This document shows positions 17,804 through 26,112 of a stretch of DNA of 41,938 bases, piece after piece (position 1 is the stretch's first letter; each line of letters opens with the position of its first letter). The notes beneath the pieces were generated by a model. The model did no database searches. It had not been told where the DNA came from and worked only from the letters and a program-made list of their open reading frames with translations. The stretch is taken from the IMG/VR virus record IMGVR_UViG_3300045988_101439. The stretch is one strand, 5' to 3'. Both the position numbers and the translations under genes were made by a program. The DNA comes from a virus.

Positions 17804-19910
17804 CCTGTCGAGGAGCTACTATGGGGCGATCACAGCAGACGCTCGGCGCATTCTCTTGCGGGCAATCATTGACATCTCAGACCCTGACCTGGTGTTTGGG
17901 ACGGTGGACAGCCAGAGTGCGGCGCCCTTTTCTCAGCCTGAACAAATCCACGACAAAGTGTTTTCACTGTCACCTCCTTATGCGACCTTAGAACGGAACA
18001 GGTGGCTGCTGAACGGGACCTTTCACCTGATACCAGATGACGATCAACCGGAAGGACAAGTGGGATATGTAAGTGGAGATTTGTCAGGAAATGATGGGAC
18101 ATTTTCCACCGCCCAATATGTCCAGCTTAATTTCTCCAATGTATCTATTTTGCAGGCATGTTCTGTCTACTTCCCAGATGCGGACTATGACGGCGTAGCG
18201 GACAGCTTCACTGTGGAGGTAATTCAGGGTGGAACGTCCTATTATTCCAAGACCTTCGTTGGGAACGTCGAGGCCCGGATCAGTCTTGATGGATTCACGG
18301 TCAATAACCCGGATTCAATCAAGGTGACTGTGACAAAGTGGAGTCTTCCTGGACGGCGAATGCGCGTACCTGATATTGTACCTGGAATTTATGAGGAATG
18401 GGACAACTCGATTATCGCAACCTTTGGCGTGACCCAGCAGGCCAACTTCGCCTGCCTTGCCTTGCCCTATGGCACCTGTGAGCTGTCTATGGACAACCTG
18501 GACCGCCGCTTCGAGCCCAGGAGTAAGGCGGGGGTATTCCAGTCTATCGAGGATCGTCAGGGCATCGATGTATCCATCGGCGTAGAGGCGGAGGGAGGAC
18601 AGCCCGTGTTCCAGCACGTCGGGGTGTTCTACCAATATTCCGGGGGCTGGAGAACGGGAGACAATGGCCTGACCATGCGGTGGTCCCTAGTGGACATCAT
18701 CGGCCTGCTGGCAGATCGGCAATATTTCCCACCGGACACCCTGCCCGACAACCTGGAGGGCTGGGTGGCTTCCATCACGGATCAGCTGGGTGCGAATTTT
18801 CAGGACCGATACCGGGTAGACCCTGATTATAGCAGTCTGGCGCTGACAGCCACACGGGAGGACGTGACGGGGAAAAGCTGCGGAGAGATCCTGCGCATGG
18901 CCTGTATGGCCACCGGAACCTTTCCCCGGGCGGACGCAGCCACAGGGAAACTGGCGGTGGAGCCCTATTGGAGCCAGGGCAGCCAAATGACACTGGACAA
19001 CATGAACGGATATCCCGTCATGCAGGCCAACGGCGATCTGGCTGCTATCATCTTCACCCTGGCCGACGGAAAGGACACCCAGTATGTGGTGTCCGGGAAC
19101 AGCACTGCCTCTTCCCAGACGGTGCAGGTACAGAATCCCTTTCTTCATACCCAGGCCCAGGCCCTAACGGCGGCAAAGCTGATTTTGTCCACCTATGGCG
19201 GAAATCAACTGGCCGCCACTGGACGAGGAAACCCGGCAAGCGAGATCGGGGATGTGGACACTGTCTGGCTGGACGAGGGGCAGGCCACCACCGGGCGGCG
19301 GATGATGCAGACCTTCACCTTTTCTGACGGGGTCATGCAGGGCTGCCAGTCCACCCTCCTTCAGGCAGACGGCTCCTTCCTGTTTCAGAATCGGGCGGTG
19401 ATCACCCGGAGTGGGAGCTGGACAGCGCCAGCGGGAGTAACGAGGCTCAGGCTGATTCTGGTGGGTAAGGGCGGAAATGGAACTGCCGGAACAGATGGTA
19501 ATTGGGATGAAGCGGGCCAGGATGGACAGGACGGCCTTGGAGCCCTTGTTTGGGCGGGGACTGTGTCTGTTAACCCTCAACAGCAATTCAACATTCAAAT
19601 TGATGAAGATACAATTTTTGGGCAGTATAGCAGTGCTGATGGGTCAAGATTTGAGTATGGGTATACCGATGTGGCCAGCGGCGACAGTTTTGCCAGAACA
19701 GGTGTGCAAAATCCTATACCTGGGTCGGGAGATGGCGGGGCCGGAGGGGCTGGAGGTATTAAGGGGAATAAACACCGAGAAACCACCACCAATTCTGATG
19801 GTTCTACGTCGTCAAAAATGGTGATTGACAATTATCCAGGAGAAGGTATGCCGGGAAAGGCTGGAGCGACAGGCTGTGTAGTGATCTATTGGGACAAGGA
19901 GGAAACATGA
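17796..19910 (+). CDS. Tail-associated baseplate/host-interaction protein with a Gly-rich C-terminal domain.
   Basis: The protein is 704 aa and sits in the Tal position. The C-terminus reads GKGGNGTAGTDGNWDEAGQDGQDG...GSGDGGAGGAGG...GMPGKAGATG. Confidence 0.6.
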   Translation: MLDLSRSYYGAITADARRILLRAIIDISDPDLVFGTVDSQSAAPFSQPEQIHDKVFSLSPPYATLERNRWLLNGTFHLIPDDDQPEGQVGYVSGDLSGNDGTFSTAQYVQLNFSNVSILQACSVYFPDADYDGVADSFTVEVIQGGTSYYSKTFVGNVEARISLDGFTVNNPDSIKVTVTKWSLPGRRMRVPDIVPGIYEEWDNSIIATFGVTQQANFACLALPYGTCELSMDNLDRRFEPRSKAGVFQSIEDRQGIDVSIGVEAEGGQPVFQHVGVFYQYSGGWRTGDNGLTMRWSLVDIIGLLADRQYFPPDTLPDNLEGWVASITDQLGANFQDRYRVDPDYSSLALTATREDVTGKSCGEILRMACMATGTFPRADAATGKLAVEPYWSQGSQMTLDNMNGYPVMQANGDLAAIIFTLADGKDTQYVVSGNSTASSQTVQVQNPFLHTQAQALTAAKLILSTYGGNQLAATGRGNPASEIGDVDTVWLDEGQATTGRRMMQTFTFSDGVMQGCQSTLLQADGSFLFQNRAVITRSGSWTAPAGVTRLRLILVGKGGNGTAGTDGNWDEAGQDGQDGLGALVWAGTVSVNPQQQFNIQIDEDTIFGQYSSADGSRFEYGYTDVASGDSFARTGVQNPIPGSGDGGAGGAGGIKGNKHRETTTNSDGSTSSKMVIDNYPGEGMPGKAGATGCVVIYWDKEET

Positions 19911-20059
19911 GTTTTGATTTTTTGACCCTTGTAACGAATAGAAATCAAAATGATGTGGACGCCAGAAACAGCAAGGGCACCTACAACGCCACAGACCTGA
20001 ATCGAGTAACGGCGGCGATGGAATATATCAACAATCGGCTGGTAAGGGATAGGAAGTAA
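19907..20059 (+). CDS. Small ORF (50 aa) resembling an internal segment of the 21151-21828 protein.
   Basis: The ATGA start overlaps the upstream stop. LVTNRNQNDVD...YNATDLNRVTAAMEYI resembles LITDRTQADVD...YNASDLNRVGNAVVYV. Confidence 0.45.
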   Translation: MSFDFLTLVTNRNQNDVDARNSKGTYNATDLNRVTAAMEYINNRLVRDRK

Positions 20060-20067
20060 GTGGAAAG

Positions 20068-20238
20068 ATGGATGAGCAATATACAATTTATATTCCTAAA
20101 ATTACGTCCGCAACCATATTACCAAATCCAATTGGTATCAATACAAGTTTCTTGATCACAGTTTCCACCGAGGATCAAGCGGTCGTAGTTGGAGCGGCCT
20201 ATTTCCAGAGCGGTGAAGTTTATAGCGGAGAGGTGTAA
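20068..20238 (+). CDS. Small ORF (56 aa) built from tail-fibre module motifs.
   Basis: ITSATILPNPIGINTSFLITV resembles IVSATITPNPVDAGQTMVISV at the end of 20241-21146. Its C-terminus YFQSGEVYSGEV resembles YFYSNEIFCGEV at the end of 21151-21828. Confidence 0.45.
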   Translation: MDEQYTIYIPKITSATILPNPIGINTSFLITVSTEDQAVVVGAAYFQSGEVYSGEV

Positions 20239-20240
20239 AT

Positions 20241-21146
20241 ATGGCAATACAAACAGTTCGGGCACAGGTCAACGGAACATGGCACACACTGACATATAAC
20301 GATGGGACTCAACGTTGGGAAGCCACGATCACGGCTCCAGGTGCTACATCGTTTAATCAGCCCAACGGATACTATAATGTGACGGTTGAAGCGACCAATA
20401 CAGCGGGCACGCAAGCCACAGCAGACGGATCGACCATTGACGGGCTTCAGCTTGTGGTTAAGGAAACAGTAGCGCCGGTTATTACAATTACATCTCCGAC
20501 GAATGGCGCACGTGTAACGAACAGCAATCAGCCTGTCACCTTTACTGTCATAGATGAAGCTGGCGGCTCTGGCGTGAATCTGAACAGCGTTGTGGTGAAG
20601 CTGGACAACAATCAGGTATCTGCGGGCGAGGTCACGCACAGTGCGGTAACAAACGGATACAGCTTTACTTATACTCCGGCCTCTCCGCTTAAAGATGGAA
20701 GTCACACGGTAAGCGTAGATGCATCTGACAACGACGGAAACGCAGCCGCACAGAAGTCCACCACCTTTACGGTGGATACGGTAGCTCCGTCCCTGAATGT
20801 AACTAGTCCGACGGATGGGCTGATTACCAACAATGCGTCTATTACCGTAACAGGCACTACAAATGACACGACCTCAAGCCCGGTGACAGTGACCATTCAG
20901 CTAAACAGTGTGGATCAGGGCGCGGTTACTGTGGAATCCAGCGGTGCTTTCTCAAAGGCAATTACGCTGGCGAGCGGTGCGAATGTCATTGTGGTCACGT
21001 CCACCGATCAGGCCGGAAAATCCACGTCGGTGACCATCAACGTGACGCTGGATACTTCCGTTCCGCAGATTGTCAGCGCAACCATAACTCCCAATCCGGT
21101 GGATGCGGGCCAGACAATGGTAATTTCCGTTCAGATTACGGGGTGA
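20241..21146 (+). CDS. Tail-fibre-associated protein with tandem Ig-like domains.
   Basis: It has repeated units of the form VAPVITITSPTNGARVTN...FTV / VAPSLNVTSPTDGLITNN...VTG / ...VTLDTSVPQI. Confidence 0.7.
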   Translation: MAIQTVRAQVNGTWHTLTYNDGTQRWEATITAPGATSFNQPNGYYNVTVEATNTAGTQATADGSTIDGLQLVVKETVAPVITITSPTNGARVTNSNQPVTFTVIDEAGGSGVNLNSVVVKLDNNQVSAGEVTHSAVTNGYSFTYTPASPLKDGSHTVSVDASDNDGNAAAQKSTTFTVDTVAPSLNVTSPTDGLITNNASITVTGTTNDTTSSPVTVTIQLNSVDQGAVTVESSGAFSKAITLASGANVIVVTSTDQAGKSTSVTINVTLDTSVPQIVSATITPNPVDAGQTMVISVQITG

Positions 21147-21150
21147 TAAC

Positions 21151-21828
21151 ATGACCCAAACGATTTCCGCCTCCCTCCCAGCCTCTACCATCTATGTGTC
21201 CGGGACCGTCAATGATGTATCAGTGGTCTGGACCAACACTGAGGGTGAGGTCTGGGAGGCGGTGGCAGATCGGGCAGAGGATGACATCTATGTTGTAATA
21301 TTGAACATCGTTTCCGGTTCCGGGCAGTCTAGCACAACATCCTTTACTTTATACTATGGTCTGCTAAACCTAATTACAGACAGGACGCAAGCCGATGTGG
21401 ATTACGTCGTGCGACTTAGCACAAAAAGCTGGAACAATATGTCGGAGGAAGAAAAAACCGATTGGGAATCCGGCCTAAAGGGAGCGTATAACGCTTCTGA
21501 CCTGAATCGGGTGGGGAACGCTGTGGTTTATGTGGCCGGACGACTGACCAAAGCTGGGTATCTCGTTCCGGTATCCCCGAAAATTGACTGGACGGCCAGC
21601 GATATTCCAAAGGAATCTGATATGCGGACCTACTTATCAGATGTGGATATCCTGCGTAACGCATTGACCGTCCTACCTGGAACGCCGGAAGTTCCAGAGG
21701 ATATGGAGAGGCTGACTTATAAGGAAGCCAACGACATTGAGCGTATTCTCCTTGCCGTAGATGGCCTTATTACAAAGATGATTAACTCCTATTTCTATTC
21801 AAACGAAATCTTTTGTGGAGAGGTGTAA
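21151..21828 (+). CDS. Tail fibre accessory/structural protein.
   Basis: The call rests on synteny and the motifs it shares with 19907-20059 and 20068-20238. Confidence 0.6.
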   Translation: MTQTISASLPASTIYVSGTVNDVSVVWTNTEGEVWEAVADRAEDDIYVVILNIVSGSGQSSTTSFTLYYGLLNLITDRTQADVDYVVRLSTKSWNNMSEEEKTDWESGLKGAYNASDLNRVGNAVVYVAGRLTKAGYLVPVSPKIDWTASDIPKESDMRTYLSDVDILRNALTVLPGTPEVPEDMERLTYKEANDIERILLAVDGLITKMINSYFYSNEIFCGEV

Positions 21829-21829
21829 C

Positions 21830-23266
21830 ATGCAAGATTTAGTCGCCCTGGGGACTGGAAACTCCCGGCTTATGAAGTCTAATATCCCGGCAAATACAAC
21901 GTTAGCCCAGTTCATTCAGATGCTCAATAACGGCACATTCCCCTATGATATTGGACCGCTAAACCCCGCTGGGATATCGCAGGAGGGGACCCCTCTGAAT
22001 AAGGGGACGATGCTGTCCGACACCACGGCGGCACTCTATGGGCTGGGTGTGGAGGCTGTACCAGATGATATCTTAAAGGGGTTATATCGACCTATTGGGA
22101 CAATAGAAGATACTATTCGGACAGATATGGGAGATAAATGGCTTTTATGTAATGGTGATCCGGTGGATGCTTCTAGCTATCCTGAATTGGCTGCGCTATT
22201 AAAACCTACACCAAGTAGCAATACACAGATTAGAATCGGTACATTCGAATATCTGGACGACCTTACATATAACGAAGAAAAGTCTTTATATTTTGCTATA
22301 AATCGCAATGCGGAGGTCGGCACTAGAAAAGAGGGGGAGGTACTATCAACTTCTGATCCAAATGGTATATGGAATACAATCGGAACTATCAAAAAATATT
22401 TTCCATTCTATATAGCCACACATGGGAACGAGATTGTTGTAATTGTTAATGATGCTGATGGCATCATATTTAAAGCATGGTATTCGGGTGACAACGGAGC
22501 TTCCTGGTCAAACCCAGATGATGCGCCCGAAATCATAAACACGAGAGTTGAAGACGGTTTATTCAACTGTTTCACATATTTTAATGGATATTGGATATTG
22601 GGAGGGTACTACAAATATAGCCCCGCGATTTGGTACACAGCAAATCCTTCGACCGGAACTTGGACACGGAAAATATTGACGAACACAAGCAATCGATGTG
22701 TAGTTCAACAATTTAGTACAAGCGATACTACATGCGCATGCATTATAGATGTTAATGTATCTGACATGGGTTCGTACAAAAGAATATACTACACAAGCAA
22801 CGTTGCCGGATCATGGTCATCTGTTAAATTAGATTCTATTTTTGAAGGTCTTGCCTGGAATAGCGAAACTTCTTTTGTCTATGGTGATGGTTACTGGGTT
22901 GTCACAGCGGAAGATCAGATAGCGTATAGTGGAAATCTAACTAACTGGTCGTTAATTAGAGGCATCCCGATTGAAAAAGACAATGAACGAATGCTTGGAT
23001 ATTCAAAAGGGACATGGATTCTACTGGATTTTAAAGAAACCTCCAATGCGGATAGTGTAAAAGTAAAATATTCTACAACTACTCCGCCAAGTTCGTTTTC
23101 TGAATATGGTACGTCCATGAGCGGTTATGTTATTGGAAGCCGTATAGCGGGCAACTATGTAATTATTAGCGACAAAAACTACCCTGTAAACTGCGTAGAG
23201 TTAACGCCTTCCCTTCCGAAAATTAGTAGTGGGACACATTATTCCTACATCAAAGCAAAGAATTAA
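21830..23266 (+). CDS. Tail fibre / receptor-binding protein. The N-terminus is a conserved anchor and the C-terminus is an AT-rich, BNR-like beta-propeller-type region.
   Basis: ATG 21830 follows GGAGAGGTGTAAC. The N-terminus reads LGTGNSRLMKSNIP...GTPLNKGTMLSD. An SGDNGASWS Asp-box-like motif is present. Composition drops in GC from about 22100. Confidence 0.7.
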   Translation: MQDLVALGTGNSRLMKSNIPANTTLAQFIQMLNNGTFPYDIGPLNPAGISQEGTPLNKGTMLSDTTAALYGLGVEAVPDDILKGLYRPIGTIEDTIRTDMGDKWLLCNGDPVDASSYPELAALLKPTPSSNTQIRIGTFEYLDDLTYNEEKSLYFAINRNAEVGTRKEGEVLSTSDPNGIWNTIGTIKKYFPFYIATHGNEIVVIVNDADGIIFKAWYSGDNGASWSNPDDAPEIINTRVEDGLFNCFTYFNGYWILGGYYKYSPAIWYTANPSTGTWTRKILTNTSNRCVVQQFSTSDTTCACIIDVNVSDMGSYKRIYYTSNVAGSWSSVKLDSIFEGLAWNSETSFVYGDGYWVVTAEDQIAYSGNLTNWSLIRGIPIEKDNERMLGYSKGTWILLDFKETSNADSVKVKYSTTTPPSSFSEYGTSMSGYVIGSRIAGNYVIISDKNYPVNCVELTPSLPKISSGTHYSYIKAKN

Positions 23267-23281
23267 AAGGGGTGAGCACAC

Positions 23282-23461
23282 ATGATTACAGTACCTAAAT
23301 TGCCTCCTAAAATGGGATATGTTGAAGTCGAGGTTGATGGCAGACGTACTTATAGAAATGTCAATACTGGTATTCTCATTGAGGATGAAGTGCCAGCACT
23401 AACTTTAGAGGACCGTGTAATCAGCCTAGAGACCGCCATTGAGAGGGGGCTTGCGCTGTGA
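23282..23461 (+). CDS. Small hypothetical protein (59 aa).
   Basis: An AAAGGGGTGAG RBS is present. The stop overlaps the next GTG start (GTGA). Confidence 0.5.
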   Translation: MITVPKLPPKMGYVEVEVDGRRTYRNVNTGILIEDEVPALTLEDRVISLETAIERGLAL

Positions 23462-23889
23462 GAAATTTATACGACGCACTGGCCGCCGCCATTTATGTGT
23501 CCCGGCAGACCCTGGCCGGGGCAGTCATCGACAGCGACGACAAGCGCATCCGAGCCAGCGGACTATATGAGGAGTGGTTGGAGGGCGAATATCAGGTAGG
23601 CGACATCAGAAATAACGGTGGCCAGACTTGGGAGTGCTTTCAGGCGCACGACAATGCGACTTACCCTGACATCAAGCCAGATAACCCCGCCTGGTTCACC
23701 TTCTGGCGGCCCCTTCATGGGACAAGCCCTGAGACGGCCCGCCCCTTTGTGCCTGTTCAGGGTGCCCATGATATGTATAGGGTAGGGGAGTACATGATCT
23801 ATACCGACGGCAAAACATACCAGTGCAAGCAGGATACTAACTTCTCACCGGAGGATTACGCCCAGGCGTGGGAGGTGTACGATGGATGA
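23458..23889 (+). CDS. Hypothetical protein with two carbohydrate-binding-like (CBM5/12-type) repeats.
   Basis: It contains YQVGDIRNNGGQTWECFQAH and YRVGEYMIYTDGKTYQCKQD, both with aromatic/Cys patterns. Confidence 0.55.
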   Translation: MRNLYDALAAAIYVSRQTLAGAVIDSDDKRIRASGLYEEWLEGEYQVGDIRNNGGQTWECFQAHDNATYPDIKPDNPAWFTFWRPLHGTSPETARPFVPVQGAHDMYRVGEYMIYTDGKTYQCKQDTNFSPEDYAQAWEVYDG

Positions 23890-24241
23890 AAAATGTATCT
23901 TAGACCCACGGCGGGATTGCCTTGGCATCCAAAAAGCTAATATGCTGGAAAAGCAGATGAGCGAATGGAAGGAACAGTCCCGGCAGACGCACAAGGAGTT
24001 TTTCAACAGAATCCGGGAGCTTGAGATCGCCCGTGCAGAGCAGGGTCAGCAGTATACAACGATACTCGAAAAGCTGGAGGACCTGACGGGTAAAGTGAGC
24101 ACACTGTCCAAGGGATTGTCAGACATTCAGGCAGAGCCTGGACGAACCTGGAAAGATCTGAAAGGCAAAATAAGTTGGGCCGTAATTGCGGCGGTTATTA
24201 CAGCGGTTATGGCCTTTCTGTTAGACAAGATAGGTCTTTGA
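23882..24241 (+). CDS. XhlA-like coiled-coil protein with a C-terminal transmembrane anchor. It is a lysis-module accessory protein.
   Basis: It has a coiled coil (EKQMSEWKEQSRQTHKEFFNRIRELE...) followed by the TM helix ISWAVIAAVITAVMAFLL. It lies immediately upstream of the holin gene. Confidence 0.55.
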   Translation: MDEKCILDPRRDCLGIQKANMLEKQMSEWKEQSRQTHKEFFNRIRELEIARAEQGQQYTTILEKLEDLTGKVSTLSKGLSDIQAEPGRTWKDLKGKISWAVIAAVITAVMAFLLDKIGL

Positions 24242-24255
24242 GAGGGGGTGAAAAT

Positions 24256-24516
24256 ATGGATTTTGGCATTGCGAGTGTGGCGGCCATTACCGTCATCTGT
24301 TATCTGGTGGGACTAATTGTCAAATCGTCCGGCCTGGATAACAAGTACATCCCGGCTATCGTGGGCCTGTGTGGCGGTGTTCTTGGCGTGGCGGCGCTGT
24401 ATACCGGCCTCCAGGATTTCCCGGCCACGGACCCGCTGACCGCCGTTGCCGTTGGTATCGTGAGCGGTCTGGCGGCAACTGGTGTTAACCAGGCAATCAA
24501 GCAGATGAAGGAATAA
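24256..24516 (+). CDS. Holin.
   Basis: ATG 24256 follows AGAGGGGGTGAAAAT. The protein is 86 aa with 2-3 TM helices and a charged C-terminal end (NQAIKQMKE). It sits in the lysis module. Confidence 0.8.
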   Translation: MDFGIASVAAITVICYLVGLIVKSSGLDNKYIPAIVGLCGGVLGVAALYTGLQDFPATDPLTAVAVGIVSGLAATGVNQAIKQMKE

Positions 24517-24549
24517 CAACAAATTTTTGACTACAAAGGAGATTGAACT

Positions 24550-24810
24550 ATGAACACCGAAATGCTCTATGAACTGTACGAAATCACTGAGAAGAACGAC
24601 GCCCCCGATTTGGCTACCGTAGGCATGCCCATGCTCCTGAAGAAGCACCCTGAGATTACCCACGAGGAGGCCAAGGAGATGCGTGAGTTTACTGGCCGTC
24701 ACGGTCAGGAGCTGGCCGCCGCCTACCCTGACAAGGAGGCATTTGAGGCCGCCGTTGAGGCTGGCATCCAGGCTGACAAAGAGGCCGCCGAGAAGGCGGA
24801 GCAGGCATAA
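24550..24810 (+). CDS. Hypothetical acidic protein.
   Basis: An AAAGGAG RBS is present, and the ORF lies between the holin and the small cassette. Confidence 0.6.
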   Translation: MNTEMLYELYEITEKNDAPDLATVGMPMLLKKHPEITHEEAKEMREFTGRHGQELAAAYPDKEAFEAAVEAGIQADKEAAEKAEQA

Positions 24811-24834
24811 GAAAAAGCCGCCTCACTGGGCGGC
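24809..24834 (-). terminator. Hairpin GCCGCC-tcactg-GGCGGC with a U-tract only on the minus strand.
   Basis: The stem is 24817-24822 paired with 24829-24834. The minus strand continues with tttttctt, while the plus strand continues with aggaattg. Confidence 0.45.
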
Positions 24835-24839
24835 AGGAA

Positions 24840-24868
24840 TTGACAGGATGCGGACCCTCTGATAGAAT
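24840..24868 (+). promoter_or_regulatory. Sigma-A-type promoter TTGACA-17 nt-TAGAAT.
   Basis: TTGACA is at 24840-24845 and TAGAAT at 24863-24868. Confidence 0.6.
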
Positions 24869-24948
24869 GATTTTGTCCCACAAGGGACCGGAGGGATACT
24901 GCAACAACGGCAGGCGGTTAGCCACACCACCCGAGAGGGGGTGAGGCC

Positions 24949-25026
24949 ATGCGGATCACATTACATATCGGGCCTTTCACGGTCACGATCATTGTGAAAA
25001 GCAGAAACCGCCACCCCGGCAGGTGA
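24949..25026 (+). CDS. 25-codon ORF MRITLHIGPFTVTIIVKSRNRHPGR inside its own transcription unit.
   Basis: GAGAGGGGGTGAGGCC precedes the ATG. The ORF lies between the promoter at 24840 and the terminator at 25003-25039. Confidence 0.35.
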   Translation: MRITLHIGPFTVTIIVKSRNRHPGR

Positions 25027-25039
25027 CGGTTTCTTTTTG
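25003..25039. terminator. Bidirectional-type intrinsic terminator.
   Basis: agaaaccgccacc-ccggca-ggtgacggtttct forms 12 of 13 pairs. It is followed by tttt on the plus strand and preceded by an A-run, which becomes gcuuuu on the minus strand. Confidence 0.6.
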
Positions 25040-25094
25040 AAACTATAACTTTGCATCTGGGCTAACCGCTTGTCGCAGTCATCCCTTCGTCATT

Positions 25095-25122
25095 ATTATA
25101 TCAGACCAGGCCGCTTTGTCAA
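25095..25122 (-). promoter_or_regulatory. Near-consensus minus-strand promoter TTGACA-16 nt-TATAAT, convergent with the 24840 promoter.
   Basis: On the plus strand, attata is at 25095-25100 and tgtcaa at 25117-25122. Confidence 0.6.
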
Positions 25123-25160
25123 GTAGACGGGGCGGCCTTTTGCCGTCCTTGGAGGATATC

Positions 25161-25928
25161 ATGAGGATCATACAACAGTATTTGACCAGAAACGACTGTT
25201 ACAGGGCCGGGAGGACCATCCGACCGCAGGGGGTAATGGTACACTCGACCGGGGCTAATAACCCCTCTGTGGCCCGCTATGTGCCCGGAGATGATGTAAT
25301 TGGTCGGAATCAGTACGGGAATGATTGGGACAGGCCCGGACTGGAAAAGTGCGCCCATGCCTTTGTAGGCCTCTTTGCAGACGGATCGGTGGGTACAGTC
25401 CAGACCCTGCCCTGGAACTGGAGGGGCTGGCACTGTGGCCGAGGGAAGAACGGCAGTGCAAATGATACCCACATTTCCTTTGAAATCTGCGAGGACGGCC
25501 TAACGGATGCCAGCTATTTTAAGGCGGTGTACCAGGAGGCCGTGGAACTGACAGCCCATCTCTGCAAGGAGTATAACCTGGACCCGTTAGCTGACGGAGT
25601 GGTAATCTGCCATCAGGAGGGCTACCGCAGAGGGATCGCCAGCAATCACGGGGACGTTCTTCACTGGTTTCCCAAATTCGGCAAAACCATGGATGATTTC
25701 CGGGCGGATGTGGCCCGGTGGATGGAAGGAGGGGATGAAACTGTGACATACGAGCAGTGGAAGGAGTACATGGACCGCTATCTGGCCGAGCGAGCGGAGC
25801 TACCGGCCAATGAGTGGGCACAGGCTGGACTAGAACAGGCAAAAGTGAAAGGCATCACAGACGGCACCAGGCCACAGAGCTTTGCTACCCGCCAGGAGGT
25901 GGCGTTAATGGTCAAGGTGGTTAAGTGA
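25161..25928 (+). CDS. Endolysin: N-acetylmuramoyl-L-alanine amidase (Amidase_2/PGRP type) with a C-terminal SLH-like wall-binding repeat.
   Basis: GGAGG lies 5 nt before ATG 25161. Motifs present are VMVHSTGANN, HAFV, WHCG, NDTHISFEICE, and a C-terminal EWAQAGLEQAKVKGITDGTRPQSFATRQEVALMV. Confidence 0.9.
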   Translation: MRIIQQYLTRNDCYRAGRTIRPQGVMVHSTGANNPSVARYVPGDDVIGRNQYGNDWDRPGLEKCAHAFVGLFADGSVGTVQTLPWNWRGWHCGRGKNGSANDTHISFEICEDGLTDASYFKAVYQEAVELTAHLCKEYNLDPLADGVVICHQEGYRRGIASNHGDVLHWFPKFGKTMDDFRADVARWMEGGDETVTYEQWKEYMDRYLAERAELPANEWAQAGLEQAKVKGITDGTRPQSFATRQEVALMVKVVK

Positions 25929-25942
25929 CAACAAAAAGAAAG

Positions 25943-25975
25943 AGGCCAGGGAATGACCCTTGGCCTGGTTTTTTC
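25943..25975 (+). terminator. Intrinsic terminator of the late/lysis operon.
   Basis: aggccaggg-aatgac-ccttggcct is followed by ggtttttt. Confidence 0.8.
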
Positions 25976-25979
25976 GCTA

Positions 25980-26112
25980 TAATACTGCACTTTGACACTC
26001 CACGTGGATAAATCCGGTGGATTCTCGGCTCAACCATCACTGCCCACGAATGGGTCTTACACGATGTCCCCGAGCGTAACTTCGGGCGTGCCCCGCCCTA
26101 CCGTGTTATAGG
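25980..26112 (-). ncRNA. Candidate omega/reRNA scaffold of TnpB. It likely also extends into the tnpB 3' end.
   Basis: The minus strand after the tnpB stop carries consecutive hairpins: gggcg-gggca-cgccc, ccga-agttacgc-tcgg, ccca-ttcg-tggg and aatcc-acc-ggatt. This location matches known TnpB guide RNAs. Confidence 0.4.

Noticed and set aside
19907-23266. A diversity-generating retroelement targeting the tail fibre.
   Set aside because: There is no reverse transcriptase gene and no template/variable repeat pair with adenine-specific differences. The repeats present are protein-module duplications.
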